64,000 bases of DNA from Phoronis australis (GCA_002633005.1 NMRA01000884.1:15218-79217); one strand, 5' to 3'; positions 40,271 to 54,700 are shown, numbered from the stretch's first letter. Numbers and translations are program-made. The notes: generated by a model not told the origin, from the sequence alone.

Positions 40271-41599
40271 ATCACTGTATCCCGGTTCGAACTGATAGTC
40301 TATGAAACCTAACGATCCGAACCGTGAAGTCTTCGTTTTTGAGCTCTTGAATATGTCGGGATAGTGGCGCCGGGCGAGTTGCTATGCATTCTGCGCTCTG
40401 TTTCAAAATGAATTATTCTTATCTTATCCATTGCTTAAAAAATGTGAAACAAAGCCTGTCTCATTAGATACAGTTTGTAATGCCTTTGCAGTATTCGTGA
40501 GTGCAAATGTTGAGAAGCAAGCAATATACAAACCACTGCGTTACTGGCTTTTGATGCCGACAATGAATAAATGTAATTGACGGGGCACCGAGGCCATGTG
40601 ATCGCCTGCTAATTCAGTGTTTGCTGACAGAAAGCTGCTGTGAAACAATTACTCGATTTTATATGCTATGGTCACATGTTAGGGGAATCTTTATTCAAAT
40701 AATTTTTAATGTACAACCTTTGCCCTGACGGTCTTTGGAAGGGGAACCCGACTTTGCGGCCCCCGACAGATAAGTAGATTTTCAGTTTCGTGGCTAATTC
40801 TCGTAAATAATTATTTCTTTGGCTCACTATTATCAGTGTTGTAGTGTGCGCAGGTGCACGTAGGCGCAGCCAGCCACCTTTTGGCATTTGAACGTTGCGC
40901 CTACGCACCGTAAGTTACGTTCAGGGCTCAAGGTGATACGGTGGGCAATCGGCGCCTATTCACCTCTACTTGTACCACTACAGCACTGGCTATTATAGTC
41001 TTTTCGTGACTGGAGGTTTAGTTTCCAACTCAAGCTGATTTATGTTCGTGCCAGTCCCGGCGGCTGCGACGTCCCCGATCGGGTTCCGAGCCACTGGCCG
41101 GGATAACAAGTGTTTTGTGTGTTAAGAACTAAAAAAATCCCAAGTCTAAACAACACAGATCTAGTTTTTTTTGTCTGTATTTCACGGAAGAATACTTCGA
41201 ATTTATCTCCGAATATGGACCAAACTCCTGCTGCGGACCTCGGTAAATTAACCTGCCAAATTTTGCATAGGCTACGGTGTGTCCAAACTCCAATAAGACC
41301 GTAGAGCGAAATAAAACAACATGTTTTCATAAGAACTCGATTTATTTTTAAGGGTTTTACATTGAAGTTTGGTGATTTTTTGGTGTTAAACGATGAATTC
41401 AAGCGATAAGCTGACACCATTAACTCGTTTTGTGAACTACTGAACAGACTGCGTGTGAAACCAATGACGTCATTGGATAATTTCAACACCTCCGTCTGCC
41501 GTCTGGTGTCAGGTAACGCAACCGAACGTGCCGTTATCGAGTAGAACTACTTGGTCTAAATTGATACAACATAGGTTGTTTTTTGGGTAGCATTCTCCT
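40268..41599 (-). mobile_element. Kolobok-like element end (right copy), inverted relative to 23110-27310
   Basis: Ends ataggttgttttttgggtagcattctcct-TTAA (41600-41603); minus strand near 40300 encodes DYQFEPGYSDHEILE, like KolX N-termini; adjacent to THAP remnant. Confidence 0.75.
40834..40988. mobile_element. Small hAT-like MITE with 8-bp TSD
   Basis: CAGTGTTGTAGTG / CACTACAGCACTG TIRs; actattat/gctattat duplication; absent from paralogous arm at about 26680. Confidence 0.8.
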
Positions 41600-42410
41600 T
41601 TAACCCTTTTACTACATCGAATAAAAGGCGCTTATTAAACATCGCTGAATTCTTCGACTTAGGCCGGTTTTGTTCCATACAACCTACTTTTAATGACGTA
41701 GTAGTCCAAATCTCTGAGTTAAATCACCGCGTTCTTTTAATAAGAATGGGGCCCGTTCCACATAATATTGTTGCTTGTTTTATATGTCCGTTACCAGCAA
41801 TTCTATTGACCCGGTGACCGCAGTCATAGCCGAGTAGTCGCTATTTCTCGAAAAATGCCTGCCTCTAGTTTTCAACCCAACGCGTTTTTGAACTTACACA
41901 TCATCGTGGAATGAGCCCTGGTTCTTTGAAAGCGAAGGTTTTCAACACCAGACAAAAATGATATCATGATGTGTATCATCACGTTTAGACGTAAGTCTGA
42001 ATCCAGTACTGCGTGGCAAACTCCAGAAGGATATAGTTATATTTACAAACGATGCCGTGCTTGACGATAGTTCAGAAATAATCAATTTTTAAAATGGCGC
42101 ACGTCTAAACAAGATTTTAAAACTCAACTTCCTCGTTTCCAAAAAGAAGTCCTACTTTGCATCCCCAGCTCTCATAACGTTTCTCACAATATCGTCAAGG
42201 CTGGACAAAGGGACCTCTTTAAAATCATTTTGAAATACACTGTAGCACTCGGTGTCCATTATGGGAAGCCTTGTGAAAACAATGAACCATAAATGAGATG
42301 ATTTTGAAAACTTTGAGGACCATGATGCATCAGCACTTTGCTAAAACATGTATTATGTATACTGCATTGTGTCCTCGTTAAATAAATTCAAAAATATAAC
42401 GATACCGATA

Positions 42411-42482
42411 ACTAGTAATAGTAGTGGAAGTAGTAATAGTAGTAATAGCAGCAATACTAGTAATAGTAATGTAATAGTAATA
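42411..42482. repeat. Degenerate (TAG/TAA) microsatellite
   Basis: agtaatagtagt... run. Confidence 0.7.
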
Positions 42483-43826
42483 AAAGTGATTCATGCCGTG
42501 CCAGCCCGGAGGGCATTTCTATAGAAGAGTGCCGCCCAAAAAGGTGCTTTTTCATAGCAAAAATACTTTCCAAGATGGTATCATTTTCGACAAAATACTA
42601 TCTAAAAGGCCGCCTTTTCTGAATTTCTGGAACAGAACTGTGCGAAAATGTGAAATTTACTCAAGATTAGCCTATAAATCTGGATTACTTTTTTGTCCAA
42701 GCCAGCTCTCTAAACAGGTAGATATCTAATTTTTTCGGGTGACACCCCTCGTCCTAAAATACTCGAGTAACCCCCGGCAATGTCATATACCACTTGTTCT
42801 TGATTTTTGTCATTTTCATTGTTATATGACACTGGTTTCGTAAAATATATCAATGGTACATTTCTCTCATGTGCTTTCGACTTAAAAGTATCAACTACAT
42901 AAAATGTAACAAGTTGTTACAATTTTGGAGAGGCTTAGCAACGTAAAATGTAACAACGATGTAAAATGTAATACATGTGTAGTTGTTACATTTTACGAAA
43001 TTGTTATATTTTACGGCGTTTCAAAGCAGTTTGTTCGTTATTTAAATTGCAAATACACTTACAAGGAGGCGAGTCCTTCACTGTAACGCTGCTTTCGTGT
43101 TTGGTTGAAACATGATTCTTTAAAATATGCCGAACAAAGTGTGGCTGCCGACTGAGTCACATGTTCCACAGTGACATTTCACACACTCGTGCAGCACACA
43201 AACCGCAACTCCGAAGTACAGGTAGCTAGGACATTTGAGCACAGAGACGTTTTCAGTCAAGTTGCTGCTACTAAAGCCTCCACAAACGCATCATTTGAAA
43301 AACGCCGCTCTCCGCGGACTTTCCTCACAACTCATCAGTATCGCACAGGTAAAAACAACAACGGCAGAGGTCTTCCACTCATTACGTACAACCCTGATAA
43401 CGGAAAAACATGTTTTATAATTTGCGGCTTGTCTCTTAGCAACAGGTATATTAAAGGTTATTAAACCCCTTAAGCTGTATCAATATTTTTTGACACACGG
43501 TCATGTTGGGAACTTTTTAAGAGCAATTCACTCCGAAGCACAAACAGTCTTTAGGAAATTTCACTCGGTGCTGCGTGTTTTTGTCCATTTTCGGAATATT
43601 GGATGAAGCTGCGTAAGCAAAAAAGACGGAAATGCGCCCATGGGGCATTTTCGACAGACCCAAATACGGACAATCCATGTAGCTATAATAGTATAATATA
43701 ATATAATTATAGGAAATTCGGAAATTGTAACTGTTGGTTCCAGTGTGTGTTCAGACTCTGCGCTCACAGAATGAAATAAAAATACGCTTGCCCTCATCAT
43801 TTTCACCCAACGTCTTGTGTTTCTTA

Positions 43827-45240
43827 GAAAGCTGCATAAAGGCACACCAGCAAATGCCAAGGCAGGTTTGAAACGTCATAATTTTCTAAGCGGTGCCGGG
43901 GTAAAAAAATATTCGCATCACCATTGCTAGTCTCAGGTGAAATCCTTTTTTGAAAAAAGGGCAACTAAAATACGGCTACACAGACTTGATTTTCAAAAAA
44001 CAGCGACAGCAACCAACAATCCTTTTTTGGTCCTACCCAGGATTTAGGAAATATGTGTTTTTGCATATATATGTAGATGGCAGTACACAGTTGTTCTGTA
44101 GCTCATGTGACTTAAGTCAAAACTGATGACAAGCCGTTACCAGAAAGACACGTGTTAAACCTTTTTAACATAGCATATCTCTTGGTTGTTCGAATATTAT
44201 GAACGCAGAGGACATTGCTCTTATGTAGTTTAAAGAGTTCGTGGTTCCATGTTCCCCGGCTAGCACGGGAATAGAAGCCTATAGTTGACTTTCGAAATAG
44301 CCTCGCCATATTGGATTCACTAAACCCCCAGACTCTGCGATCAACAGCGGATTTGCAGCGCAGACGAACTACGCATTGCGCATGTGCGAGTTACTTCCTT
44401 TGCGAAGGCTCATGGGATAGCTTGTGGTCAGGCATGTCTTGAGCAGGCTGGATAGTGTGTGCATTTAGAGTGATTTGCAAATTAAAAACCACGTTTCATT
44501 TTTTGCTTTATAATACCAAGCAAGTCCTCTCTCTCGTTTGTAAACACAGCGTAGCTATGATCAGTGACCGTGTGACCGAGAGCACGACTGTCGCCGTGTT
44601 CAGTATTGGGGTTATCGGCGTTGATTTCGAAATCTCCTCCTATTTCAGACAAGTTGAGAGTTCTTGGGTTGCTTAACTTTTGTAGCTTTCGTCGTGGATA
44701 TGCTAGAGACGTTAATTTTAANGAAAGCTGCATAAAGGCACACCAGCAAATGCCAAGGCAGGTTTGAAACGTCATAATTTTCTAAGCGGTGCCGGGGTAA
44801 AAAAATATTCGCATCACCATTGCTAGTCTCAGGTGAAATCCTTTTTTGAAAAAAGGGCAACTAAAATACGGCTACACAGACTTGATTTTCAAAAAACAGC
44901 GACAGCAACCAACAATCCTTTTTTGGTCTTACCCAGGATTTAGGAAATATGTGTTTTTGCATATATATGTAGATGGCAGTACACAGTTGTTCTGTAGCTC
45001 ATGTGACTTAAGTCAAAACTGATGATAAGCCGTTACCAGAAAGACACGTGTTAAACCTTTTTAACATAGCATATCTCTTGGTTGTTCGAATATTATGAAC
45101 GCAGAGGACACGGCTCTCATGTAGTTTAAAGAGTTCGCGGTTCCATGTTCCCCGGCTAGCACGGGAATAGAAGCCTATAGTTGACTTTCGAAATAGCCTC
45201 GCCATATTGGATTCACTAAACCCCCAGACTCTGCGATCAA
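43827..45240. repeat. Near-identical 518-bp duplication across a single-N junction (probable allelic/assembly duplication)
   Basis: 43827-44344 equals 44723-45240 except for a few SNPs; N at 44722 lies exactly at the junction. Confidence 0.9.
44345..44721. mobile_element. End of AGCGGATTTGCAG-family element, truncated at gap
   Basis: Highly similar to 54785-55150; minus strand encodes ...GHTVTDHSYAVF... ; absent from the duplicated flank copy. Confidence 0.75.
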
Positions 45241-45345
45241 TTGGTGGACATGTGTTTAGCGCCACCTACAAATTCTATGTAATGCGGGCGGAAGGTCTCG
45301 TCCTACTGGTATAAACAGCGTTTTAACACATTCCTTGCTATTATA

Positions 45346-45460
45346 ATGCCGGCAAATGTGCACTCCTGAGCTGTGGGATGCACCAATGTCTTACGAAAAA
45401 AGAAAACCCTGATGAGCAAGGACGTCCTTTCTGCGTACAATACCCACTGTGAAGATGCCG
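45346..45460 (+). pseudogene. Possible THAP N-terminal remnant
   Basis: MPANVHS*AVGCTN resembles MPxxCCAVGCTN THAP starts. Confidence 0.35.
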
Positions 45461-45722
45461 CCCCTCCAGTGTACATGTACATGTATCCAGTGGAATAATT
45501 TCGACTCGACAGGGTTTCAAAAAGCCAAACTTAATTAGTAATCTTCAACTAATCACAAAGGGAGGGAGTGACAGTGAAGTCTGCTTTTATCGTTAGGAAC
45601 CACTAGGTAGTATTTGAATTTCTGCCTGCCAATTATGAGTCGGAATCAATTGCTTTTGCGCCCTCATGAAACTAGAGAGCGCAAACATGAAAAATATGAT
45701 AAGTCCCCAATTGTGCTGTTGT

Positions 45723-45795
45723 TTATTTGGCCGTGTCGGATTCTGTTATTCCTTGTAATTCTCGACCAGAGTATTGGATTGACACTAGTGTCTCG
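45723..45795 (-). CDS. LRRC74: LRRC74-like candidate terminal exon
   Basis: Acceptor tcttgcttttctag, phase-compatible, (S)ETLVSIQ...TAK*; alternative at about 48060 exists. Confidence 0.45.
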
Positions 45796-48700
45796 CTAGA
45801 AAAGCAAGATCTCGAGAAATTCCGCAAGACATCGTCGTGTATTTTCAATGAGAGCATGTGATTTGGGTTAGATTTTCTAGCCGCGTGACAGTGAGTGAAC
45901 TCGATTTCGATATACTGATCCATGAGGACTTCACAGAAAACAGGGGTGCGTTCCTTAGGAGTTAGGCACTCGTGAGTACACATAGTGTGATTGCGAGGCA
46001 ATTCGCTTCAAATGCATGACGATATCTCACACGAAACTCTACTGAACGCAGCTCAAGGTGTTCGGGTACTGTTCCAGTGAGTGGAAAAACCGAAGCAACG
46101 TCTCGCAAACAGAACGCATGTGCAAACATGGCGCCCCTAAAGAGGCTAAGGGAACTAAGATCTGCAGGAAATTGTGACCTGATGTCGAGTATTTGCTTTT
46201 ACTGACATAATCGTCGTCTCGCGGCGCTTCTCCACTGTTCCTCTCTGGCTGGTATCGTAAAACCTGTTTTTCGCGATCCTTACCTAAAGTTTAGCAAATC
46301 CGCAGTTTCCATCGTTATTTTCGCTTTTGTGATGAAATGAGGAAATAAGACTAGCATTATTTTCGTTCCAAAGGCTAAGAAACGTAAAACAGCTCTAGGA
46401 AAATAAAAAATTCATCGAAGCTTAAACGACACTGACACTGCTTGCACAACTGTTCACGGTTAATGGTTATATTACTTTTGGCTGATGCATTGTTTCTAAG
46501 TTTCCGCCGAACTTTTAACATTAAATGGATGGTTCTTTGTTTTAAGTTGCATATTTCACGACCGGAAAATTCTTATCAAATAATTATGAAGTAAAACTTT
46601 AGTAGTTATTTAACATCATAGACAATCTTGCCGTTCAACCGGCGCGGGTAAGCTCATGCATACAGTATAAATGACGTCGTGCACATGTTTGACAGCGAGC
46701 CAAAGCACATTGTTACAACATAATGCCGCGATACCTTTAAGTTCGCCACATGTACATGAGATAAATAAGTTGTGCTACCTAAATGGGAATACCACGGCGA
46801 TATCTCATCGAGAATTCAATTCACCGGGGGATGACCCAAGAAAACAGTAGGTCGAGTTCGGACATTCTCAGATGAAATGGATTCTCGATAGGATATGGCA
46901 GTAATATTCCGTAAGTGTATAGTACATATATGTGATGACCTATGTGTATAATGTTTATGAGCTAAGTGGGTGGCAGTGTGACTTAGTGGGATAATGTCCG
47001 CTTCTTTATTCAAGGTCGTGAGTTCGAGTCACACAGGGGCACACTGCTAGACCATGAGTCAGGTATCTAGCTCCTCAGCATAGTTTAATCTATACACTAA
47101 TGAAACATAAAATGGTTCCAGGTGATAAATGCAATGAGCTCACCCTAGCGGTCTGCGCATGTCTGGTACAACATGTACCAGACCGCCTGCAAGTACTTTA
47201 TTATTTTTCGTGATAAGTTTAATCACGAAAGCAAAGTGGGTTGAACTTGTCAATAAGGAACTTCTCCAAGGGAACTTTTAATGTTTTCTCAATAGAACTA
47301 CGTAGGCCTACTTGTACTACCTGCTCTGTTGATGAAATGCGATTCGTAGGTACTGGGACAACTTTTGTACATGGATATGTTGTCTAACATCACACCCGCA
47401 GCATAGAAAAAATATGTCGAGCTCACCAGAATATGCAAGTTAGACAAAGTTTCTGAAAGGGTCAAAATCCACTTCTAAAAAGCATCTAGTAATATTTCAA
47501 AAAACTTTATTTATCCAAATCTGTCAGATTATTCCTACCGACCCGTCAAACTGAGGACGCTTTAGCACCTATGGTTCAAAATCTTACTGTTAAAATTACA
47601 AGTAGAAATGGTATTTTATCGTGTGATAGTAAAACATAGAGAAGACAAATTCCCTAGACCTAGTTGGGCTCAGAGAAAACTAAAACGAACTTAAAATTAT
47701 AACAGTGTAATATCACTCATCTGCAAGTCTTTCTCATAGATTCAGGAAGCAAGGTAACCGTGTTACAACGGTTTAAAAAGCCAAACTCCAATGGCGGAAC
47801 AATTCCGAATCGATTGATGTCCGTTAATCTAAACTGAAATACATCACATGTCTGACAAATAACCCCAGTGACGTAACAGAGACAAATCACTCACACGTTT
47901 GGCACAATCTCGTAATATCCCGTTGCAGTTCACGTCATCTGCTGCACGTTCTGGATATACAACATTCGAAAGTACTCTTGTACAACTCGTTACCAATATT
48001 TCTCAATGGATCAGGCATAAGAAAAAAATCCTTTCCAAATTTATCAGTTCACTCTTTCCACTGCAACTGGTCTGCACGGGGGTGATCTATTCCGTTTTCC
48101 TATAATTGTGGCATTTCATCGTTACAATACTCTTTTTTCATCTGTTCTCGTTGCGAGTAACCTTTTCGGATAGTTGCAACACAGTGCTAGCCTTTATGTT
48201 CTTCTGCGCCTATAACTAGCTCACTGAAAGCAAGATCACATAATTAGTGCGCGGTTTAACACTCTAAATCGTTGGAAATGTAATACTATTTTCTTGAGGC
48301 AATCTAATACTTCAAAGATCATCTATTTAATGTCATTTCAGTGGGAATCAGGGCTGAATTTTGTTAACCAAAGACACTAGCAAGAAAGCAAACTGCGACT
48401 ACCATGACAGACTTCAGTTGTAATGGGCAGCGACGTTTCGCTGAGTCGCAAAGATTTGCGTGATGTCGTTTTTCTGGGGAAACACCTTCCACAACCAATC
48501 GAACTCCTGTCAAATATTAAACAGGTTAGCCTGGTGATCTGGCCAAACGGAAACCCTGCCCACCCTATCTGCAGTTCTTTTGGCCTACTTTGAAATATTT
48601 TAGTGATTCGGCGGCGTAGAACAGATATGTACGCAGACCCGTGTCCAACGCTTTGAACAATTGACACATGTCAAACGCCACGTAGTTTATTCTAATAAAG

Positions 48701-51700
48701 CCCAAGGTATGATCACCTGAAGTCAATTTCTCCATCGCCGTCTTGGTCAAGTACTTTGATGAGGTCTTCAATTTGTGATGACGTCATCGGGATCTTGGCT
48801 GCCTAAAGGGAACAATGAAGATGAGAGACTGGATTTTTTGTCGGTTTAGGACTGGCCTATTATTGTTATAACAGATGTTTTAAAGTGTACACAACATGAC
48901 TCTAGTACCTCAAAATAAATGTTATTATTTTATCTTACTTGATTTCAGTGCCTTTAGTGCACAGCTCATTAAGAAACACGCAAAAATTGAAAAAAATAAT
49001 AATTATGTACAACGTCATGGGTTGAACCCAAGTCGTTCGCCATGCTGTTCGGATTAGAGACAAGGTTTATAGATTGAAGTGAAAGCAAAGTACATTTAGC
49101 GTCGAGAAGGTTCGTAGAAGGATCAAAAGCAGCAGCCAGGCGGAGAACGTCTCGGTGTTCCGAAGGACACCAAAGTTGCGCAGAAGTGGCATCGCTTCGT
49201 GCGCCGAACGAGAGTGTGGGACCTCATAGTGGACCAAGCGATTCGGTCCGGGGCCACTCTGTGTTCTGCCCACTTTGAGGACTCGTGTTTCGACTCCAGT
49301 CACAGGAGACGTTACGATAAAGGCCTGATTCAATAAAGGATAATATTTATCATTCAGAAACATCGGCTTTTAAATTCAGGATCGTCTGTTGGATGACTGG
49401 GTTGACTCGCCGAGCCCGAGGCCGCTTCTCCTCGCGGGAGGATCCAGTTCGTAAGACTCAAAGTAGAAAAGTACGCAGCCGGAAGCACATTAAATTTGTT
49501 CTCGCTTTCGTGCAACCCCATTTCCTCATCGTGGCCACCATTCCCGTACGTCTCTTCATAGTATTCGTTCAATTCTTGATCATAATCACCGTCGCTTTCA
49601 AATTCCCTGCTCTCCGCCATTGTTCAATGCTAGTCACTGATCTCTTGTGTTCAACCCATGACGTCACATGGCGGGAAATGTGAAAATTGGCAAAATTGAA
49701 AGAAAAATCAAAATTTCGATCTAATTACAGAAAATAAACATGGGTTTAGCTAAATTTTACGTTGTACATTTAGTCTGTGGCCTCCGGTAATCCAAAATGT
49801 GCAAAAATCCATGGTGTGTACTGTTTAATTCACACTTGACAGCTGATGGAATTCAGAAAGCGGTTCGAGATTTATCCACTCATATTTTTTTTCCAAAAAA
49901 TACCCAGTGATTGAATGATGTCACATACATTTAATCGTGTATTTCCGCTTCATGAGTGGTGACACGCTTAAAGGAACAGGAGGTTGAACGGTTAGGCACG
50001 GAAAGAAATATGTATTGCGACATAAACTGAAAGCGTGAAAGAATCTGAGTGCTGTCATTACTTACTTTTAAGCCATCCTTAAATTCATCGTACGAGACAC
50101 TCATACTTCCGTCCTGATCAATCTGCGCGAACAGGTCGACGAGATTAATATTGTTTTCCGTCATATACTGCTGGAAGAAGGACAGGGCTTCATTAACCAC
50201 GTCATAACTCTTCAACTTCCGCTTGCCGTATGAGTCTGTGTAACCGTGGATGCAGTTAAAGTTGGTGTGCACTTCTTGTACGTCAGCGATTTTTTGTTTA
50301 AATTCCTCTCCGTACGTCATTTCCTGTAAAAATAAAATTACGTTCTACCTAATGCTGACTGATACAGGACACAATCTTGAGTTGATATATCAATTGCAAC
50401 GGTACCACTTTTATCCTGTTAACAAGATGCCTTTGAAAATCACACATTGGACGTTTGATAGTACTGCAAATGGGTATTGATGTGTGCCACGGGAACACTG
50501 TAGGAAAGTAAACATATTTGGGAATTCCTGACACCCGATTGATGTTAGCCTGGCGGTGTTGCTTAAACGCAAGAATCTCGCGAACGAAGCAGCAGTTGAG
50601 CCTTACGTGCTTTGCATGTACATGGAGTCAGCTTGCCTGATTTTGTTTTCACGAGGATATCGTGTCTTCGAAACGCACGACTGAGCTGCAAATTAACGTC
50701 AATTGACCACTGCCAGAAATAAAAAAACATTAAAACATTTAGTTGCATAACCTTTGTAAATTAACGAGTATCAACGATAATTTTTTTCATTCAACATTCT
50801 CGATATCTCACTATAGTAAATAACTGCAGACACTACGCATATATGACTCTTTATTCACTGGAATTTCCCCGTTGCAGAAGCGTCGCAGTCGGTTTTAAAA
50901 CGTCTAATCGAATAATGTTTATTCAATTCCCTTTGAAAGAAACTGATCGCATGTTTTAGGGTCTATATAGTATTCCATTTCTGTTACAGAGTACTTAAGG
51001 TCTGAGTTTACAAAATGGTCTCATTCTGGAACAGCGTGTGCAGCACATAGAGAAAAAGCTGAGTGTAAAGCAATCGATTGTAAGATGAAATAAAGTCCAA
51101 GGCATACGATTAGTCCAATTATACATACTGCTAGATCAAGAAGTTCTAGTTTGATCTCCGACGTTTGCAGAAGAAGATCCATTACGGCCATTGCAGGCTC
51201 CTCGGGCACGACGTTTCGACCAAGCTTAAAGAAATAAAAAGATCGAGTTAACGGTAGACACGACATCGTTTGGTCTCTAAGTCTCAAAGTTTAAAAAAAT
51301 TGATGAAAATAAAACAACCGTATTAAATATGTATAACCGAGTAGTCTTGTGACAGACACCACAACTGCATAAAAATTAGCTGCAAAATCCACATGCAACG
51401 GAGACTGGCATCAACATGAATTGAATCTTTCACAAAAAAACATAATTCTGCATTGCTATGAAATTTATGAAGTTCGCGCATACATCTTCAACTTGTGAAA
51501 AGATATATTCCATCTTTAACTCAAACGAACATATTTACCAAATCTTTATTGAGAACTAGTTTTTACCCGTAGCGTCTGCAACGTGTCGTTTGTTGTGAGG
51601 CATTTACACAGTCTGAGGAATCCTTCCGCCATAATGCGATTACACGTTAAATCGAGTTCTTGTAATGTTCTGTTATTCTCCAAGGCAACGCCCATGGCAA

Positions 51701-54700
51701 TGGCACCATCATTTCCGAATCCGTTCCAGGCAAGATTGAGAGACTTAAGTCCAACATTGTCCTAAAAAAACACACACCATTTCGCCACCATTTTACAGCT
51801 GCAAGTAGTATTAACAAATCAAGACTGAAATATATCATACGACCACTACTACTTCTGTACATGTACTTTTGTCTTTTGATTCGATAGAACAAAGAACAAT
51901 GAGTTACGTTATGAGGTGATGTTGACATCTCAGACGACTGTCCAAGCAGAGAGCAGAGGGCGTTGGTAGCCGCAGGTGATAAAATGACAATGTAACGTGA
52001 GACGAGGAAAAGTGAGTAAAATGCCAACAGTGGGCATGTAAGAAAACAAAATTAAACTAATCCCGAACACATCAGCTCACATTGACCTGACACTGCACTC
52101 GCGATCGGTCCGTATTTGAATGTAGATACATGTAATATTTAGGCCCACCGGCAATAACAATTCAGTGAAGAAGCTCTTAGTTCACGTCTGTTCTGTAATA
52201 GACTGCAGTTGTTCTACAGACCTTAACACCTAAGCATATTGATAACGCTCCGTCGCCTCTCAGTTCGTTCCAACTCAAGTCGATGCTATCAAGGTTACCG
52301 TTTTCAGCTGAAAATCAATGCAAAACACCAAGTTTACTCGTTGTTTTGTATTCAGCGAATAATCGACTTGAGCCATTTTTAAAATGATGTGCTAGACAAA
52401 AGAACCATGATAATATATTACTATGGCAATTAGTTTTCCACTTAACTTCTAAGCCATCAATGCTTAATTGTACAACTGTGTGCTCAAAATCATTATTGCT
52501 TCCGATTGATTTTGTCTTCTGCGATGCAAGTTGTAAGTAATGTTTAGAGGTACATAGAGTAGAAACGTTGTGTCACTGTCCAGCGGTACATGTGCATCTA
52601 CGACTGACTTAACTAGTGCGGCAGTTACGTAGAGCACGAAGAAATAAAGACCTTCCAAAAATATTGATAAACACCGGACTGCTGTCGCTACTGGTGAATC
52701 TTTACCAAACCAAGGCCTAACTTGAGGACTCCTTGTAAACGTAAGCAAAACTAACCTATCAGTTTCCTGAATATGACCCCAGCTGTAGAACCAAAACAGT
52801 TGTTGCTGAGCGTGACGTCAGTTAAGCCCGTGTGGTCCTGAAATGTACATGTGCATGTAGGCCTACTCATTACTTTAAGTGTTTAGTACTCCTGGATTCA
52901 TATACTTTTAGTAAATTGGAAAATATGTTGATGTCGCTTGTAGTACCGTAAGATATGACATGTTGCGTGTGTTGTTCGCATCTACGAATCAGATTCGTTC
53001 GGTAAAATACAAAGCTTCGGCTACACGTTAAACACGAAGTACATGTAGAATGTAGAATGTGTCGTGAGAGGTCGGAATTCTTTGCTTTCTACGCGTAGAT
53101 TGCGCCACAGTGTATACCCGACTCGCGTTCAGTCTTGTCACGGTAACAACGCGTTAGCAACTGATCTCGCGTAAGTGCACAACGTGAGCTTTAACTACCG
53201 ATTTACCGTAAAAGATCATTAAATTTATGCAACTTTTAACGTTAACTGTGTAGGCTAGAATGTTTAGTCACCCATAAGACGGAAGCCTTACGCGATTGAA
53301 TGTGAAAATGACCTTTGCTCTAAGGCTCTCGTCATGTTCTCATAAAAGCAACAGTACTCGGGTGGTAATAGGTTACTAGTGCGCGAAAACAACGTAGCTT
53401 CGGTAATATTTAATGTACGCAAATGAGAAAAATGTTTTGATTAGAAATATTCAAATCAAACTGAGATTTTATGAACGTAAACACAAAGTTTTTTGTCAAG
53501 TTACTCGAAATCACTTTTTGTGCCGACGAAATGTGACAGCTATGATCTTTACACGTTGAGTAATGATTGTTTACACCGTCCGAAGAATATAATGATGTCA
53601 ACCCAAACGTAGGTTTGACCCTCTTCCTCCGGTCGTCACCTATTTCCCTTACCCGCTCCTTTCTTCTGGCGGTATGACCTGTGGTGACCCACTCGTTCTT
53701 GTTCGCGTTTTACATGTAGCCTACGTGTAGCCGAAAACCTCCATTGTACCGAATTTCCGTACAACATGACTGTTTTCATTACTACATGAACACGAGTTCA
53801 GTTAATTTACTGCAAGAAAATTGTGCCCTTTCTATCGGAGATTTAAGACAATAGAAATAAGTTTCATGAAGGAAAAATCTTACAAACATATGTATCGAAG
53901 ATTACAAAATGCCTTCAATGGGGCTGTTCAACCACTGACTTCACCGCACTGCCAAACGACGAAATTGTTAGTTTTGTTGTCATTTTCTATTAGCATGCGC
54001 GCACCCAGCCTAAATTATAGGGGGGTTGAATTTTTCGATATGCGGACCTTTTGCTGAAAAATTCAACGAGAACTAAAAAAAACAAAAAAGGCCACTAGGT
54101 TCAAGCCTGCGAATTGTGCAACTGCGCCGAATTCCTGTGGACTTTTGTCTCGTTTCCTCGGACTTTTTGTTTCATTGAGACGGACCTTTTTGCCCACTTC
54201 TCTCGTTCGAGCCCCCCGAGCCCTCCACCCCTGGGTGGGCCCATGATTAAGAACGCACTTTTTAAGCAGCCCTGCTATTCTTAAATTGAACCCCAGACCA
54301 ACGAATAGACATTTATATTTCACAGCTTCTATTCACGATGAAGTTAGTTTCGCGTCTGGTCAAACTCCGGCTACTCTGAAAACGTTATGGTACCGGTATG
54401 CATAGCAGGACCAAATCAAGTAGGTCATGTTCCGAAACTGCCAAAAGATTTCATGATATTGCCTTATTTTGGTTACAACGATAAAGGATTAGAGTTCGCT
54501 AAGGCTATTTCAAAATGAAACAACCGGTCGCGTCTGTGGGTAAAATGATTATTACATAATCGTTACGTGTCGAAAAACAACAAATTTATATTTAAGGTCG
54601 AGATTGATTGAGAGGTCATAAAGTTCCAAGTTGACGCATACGTGATCTCAAAATAGTAATTTCAGCTCAGGCTCAACAACACAATATCAGCCAATCAAAG

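Noticed and set aside
43827-45240. LTR pair of a retrotransposon
   Set aside because: No TG...CA ends, PBS or PPT; second copy starts exactly at an N, pointing to assembly of two alleles.
45405-45445. CTGATGA plus hairpin as a hammerhead ribozyme
   Set aside because: No GAAA after the stem; region better explained as a THAP-like remnant.
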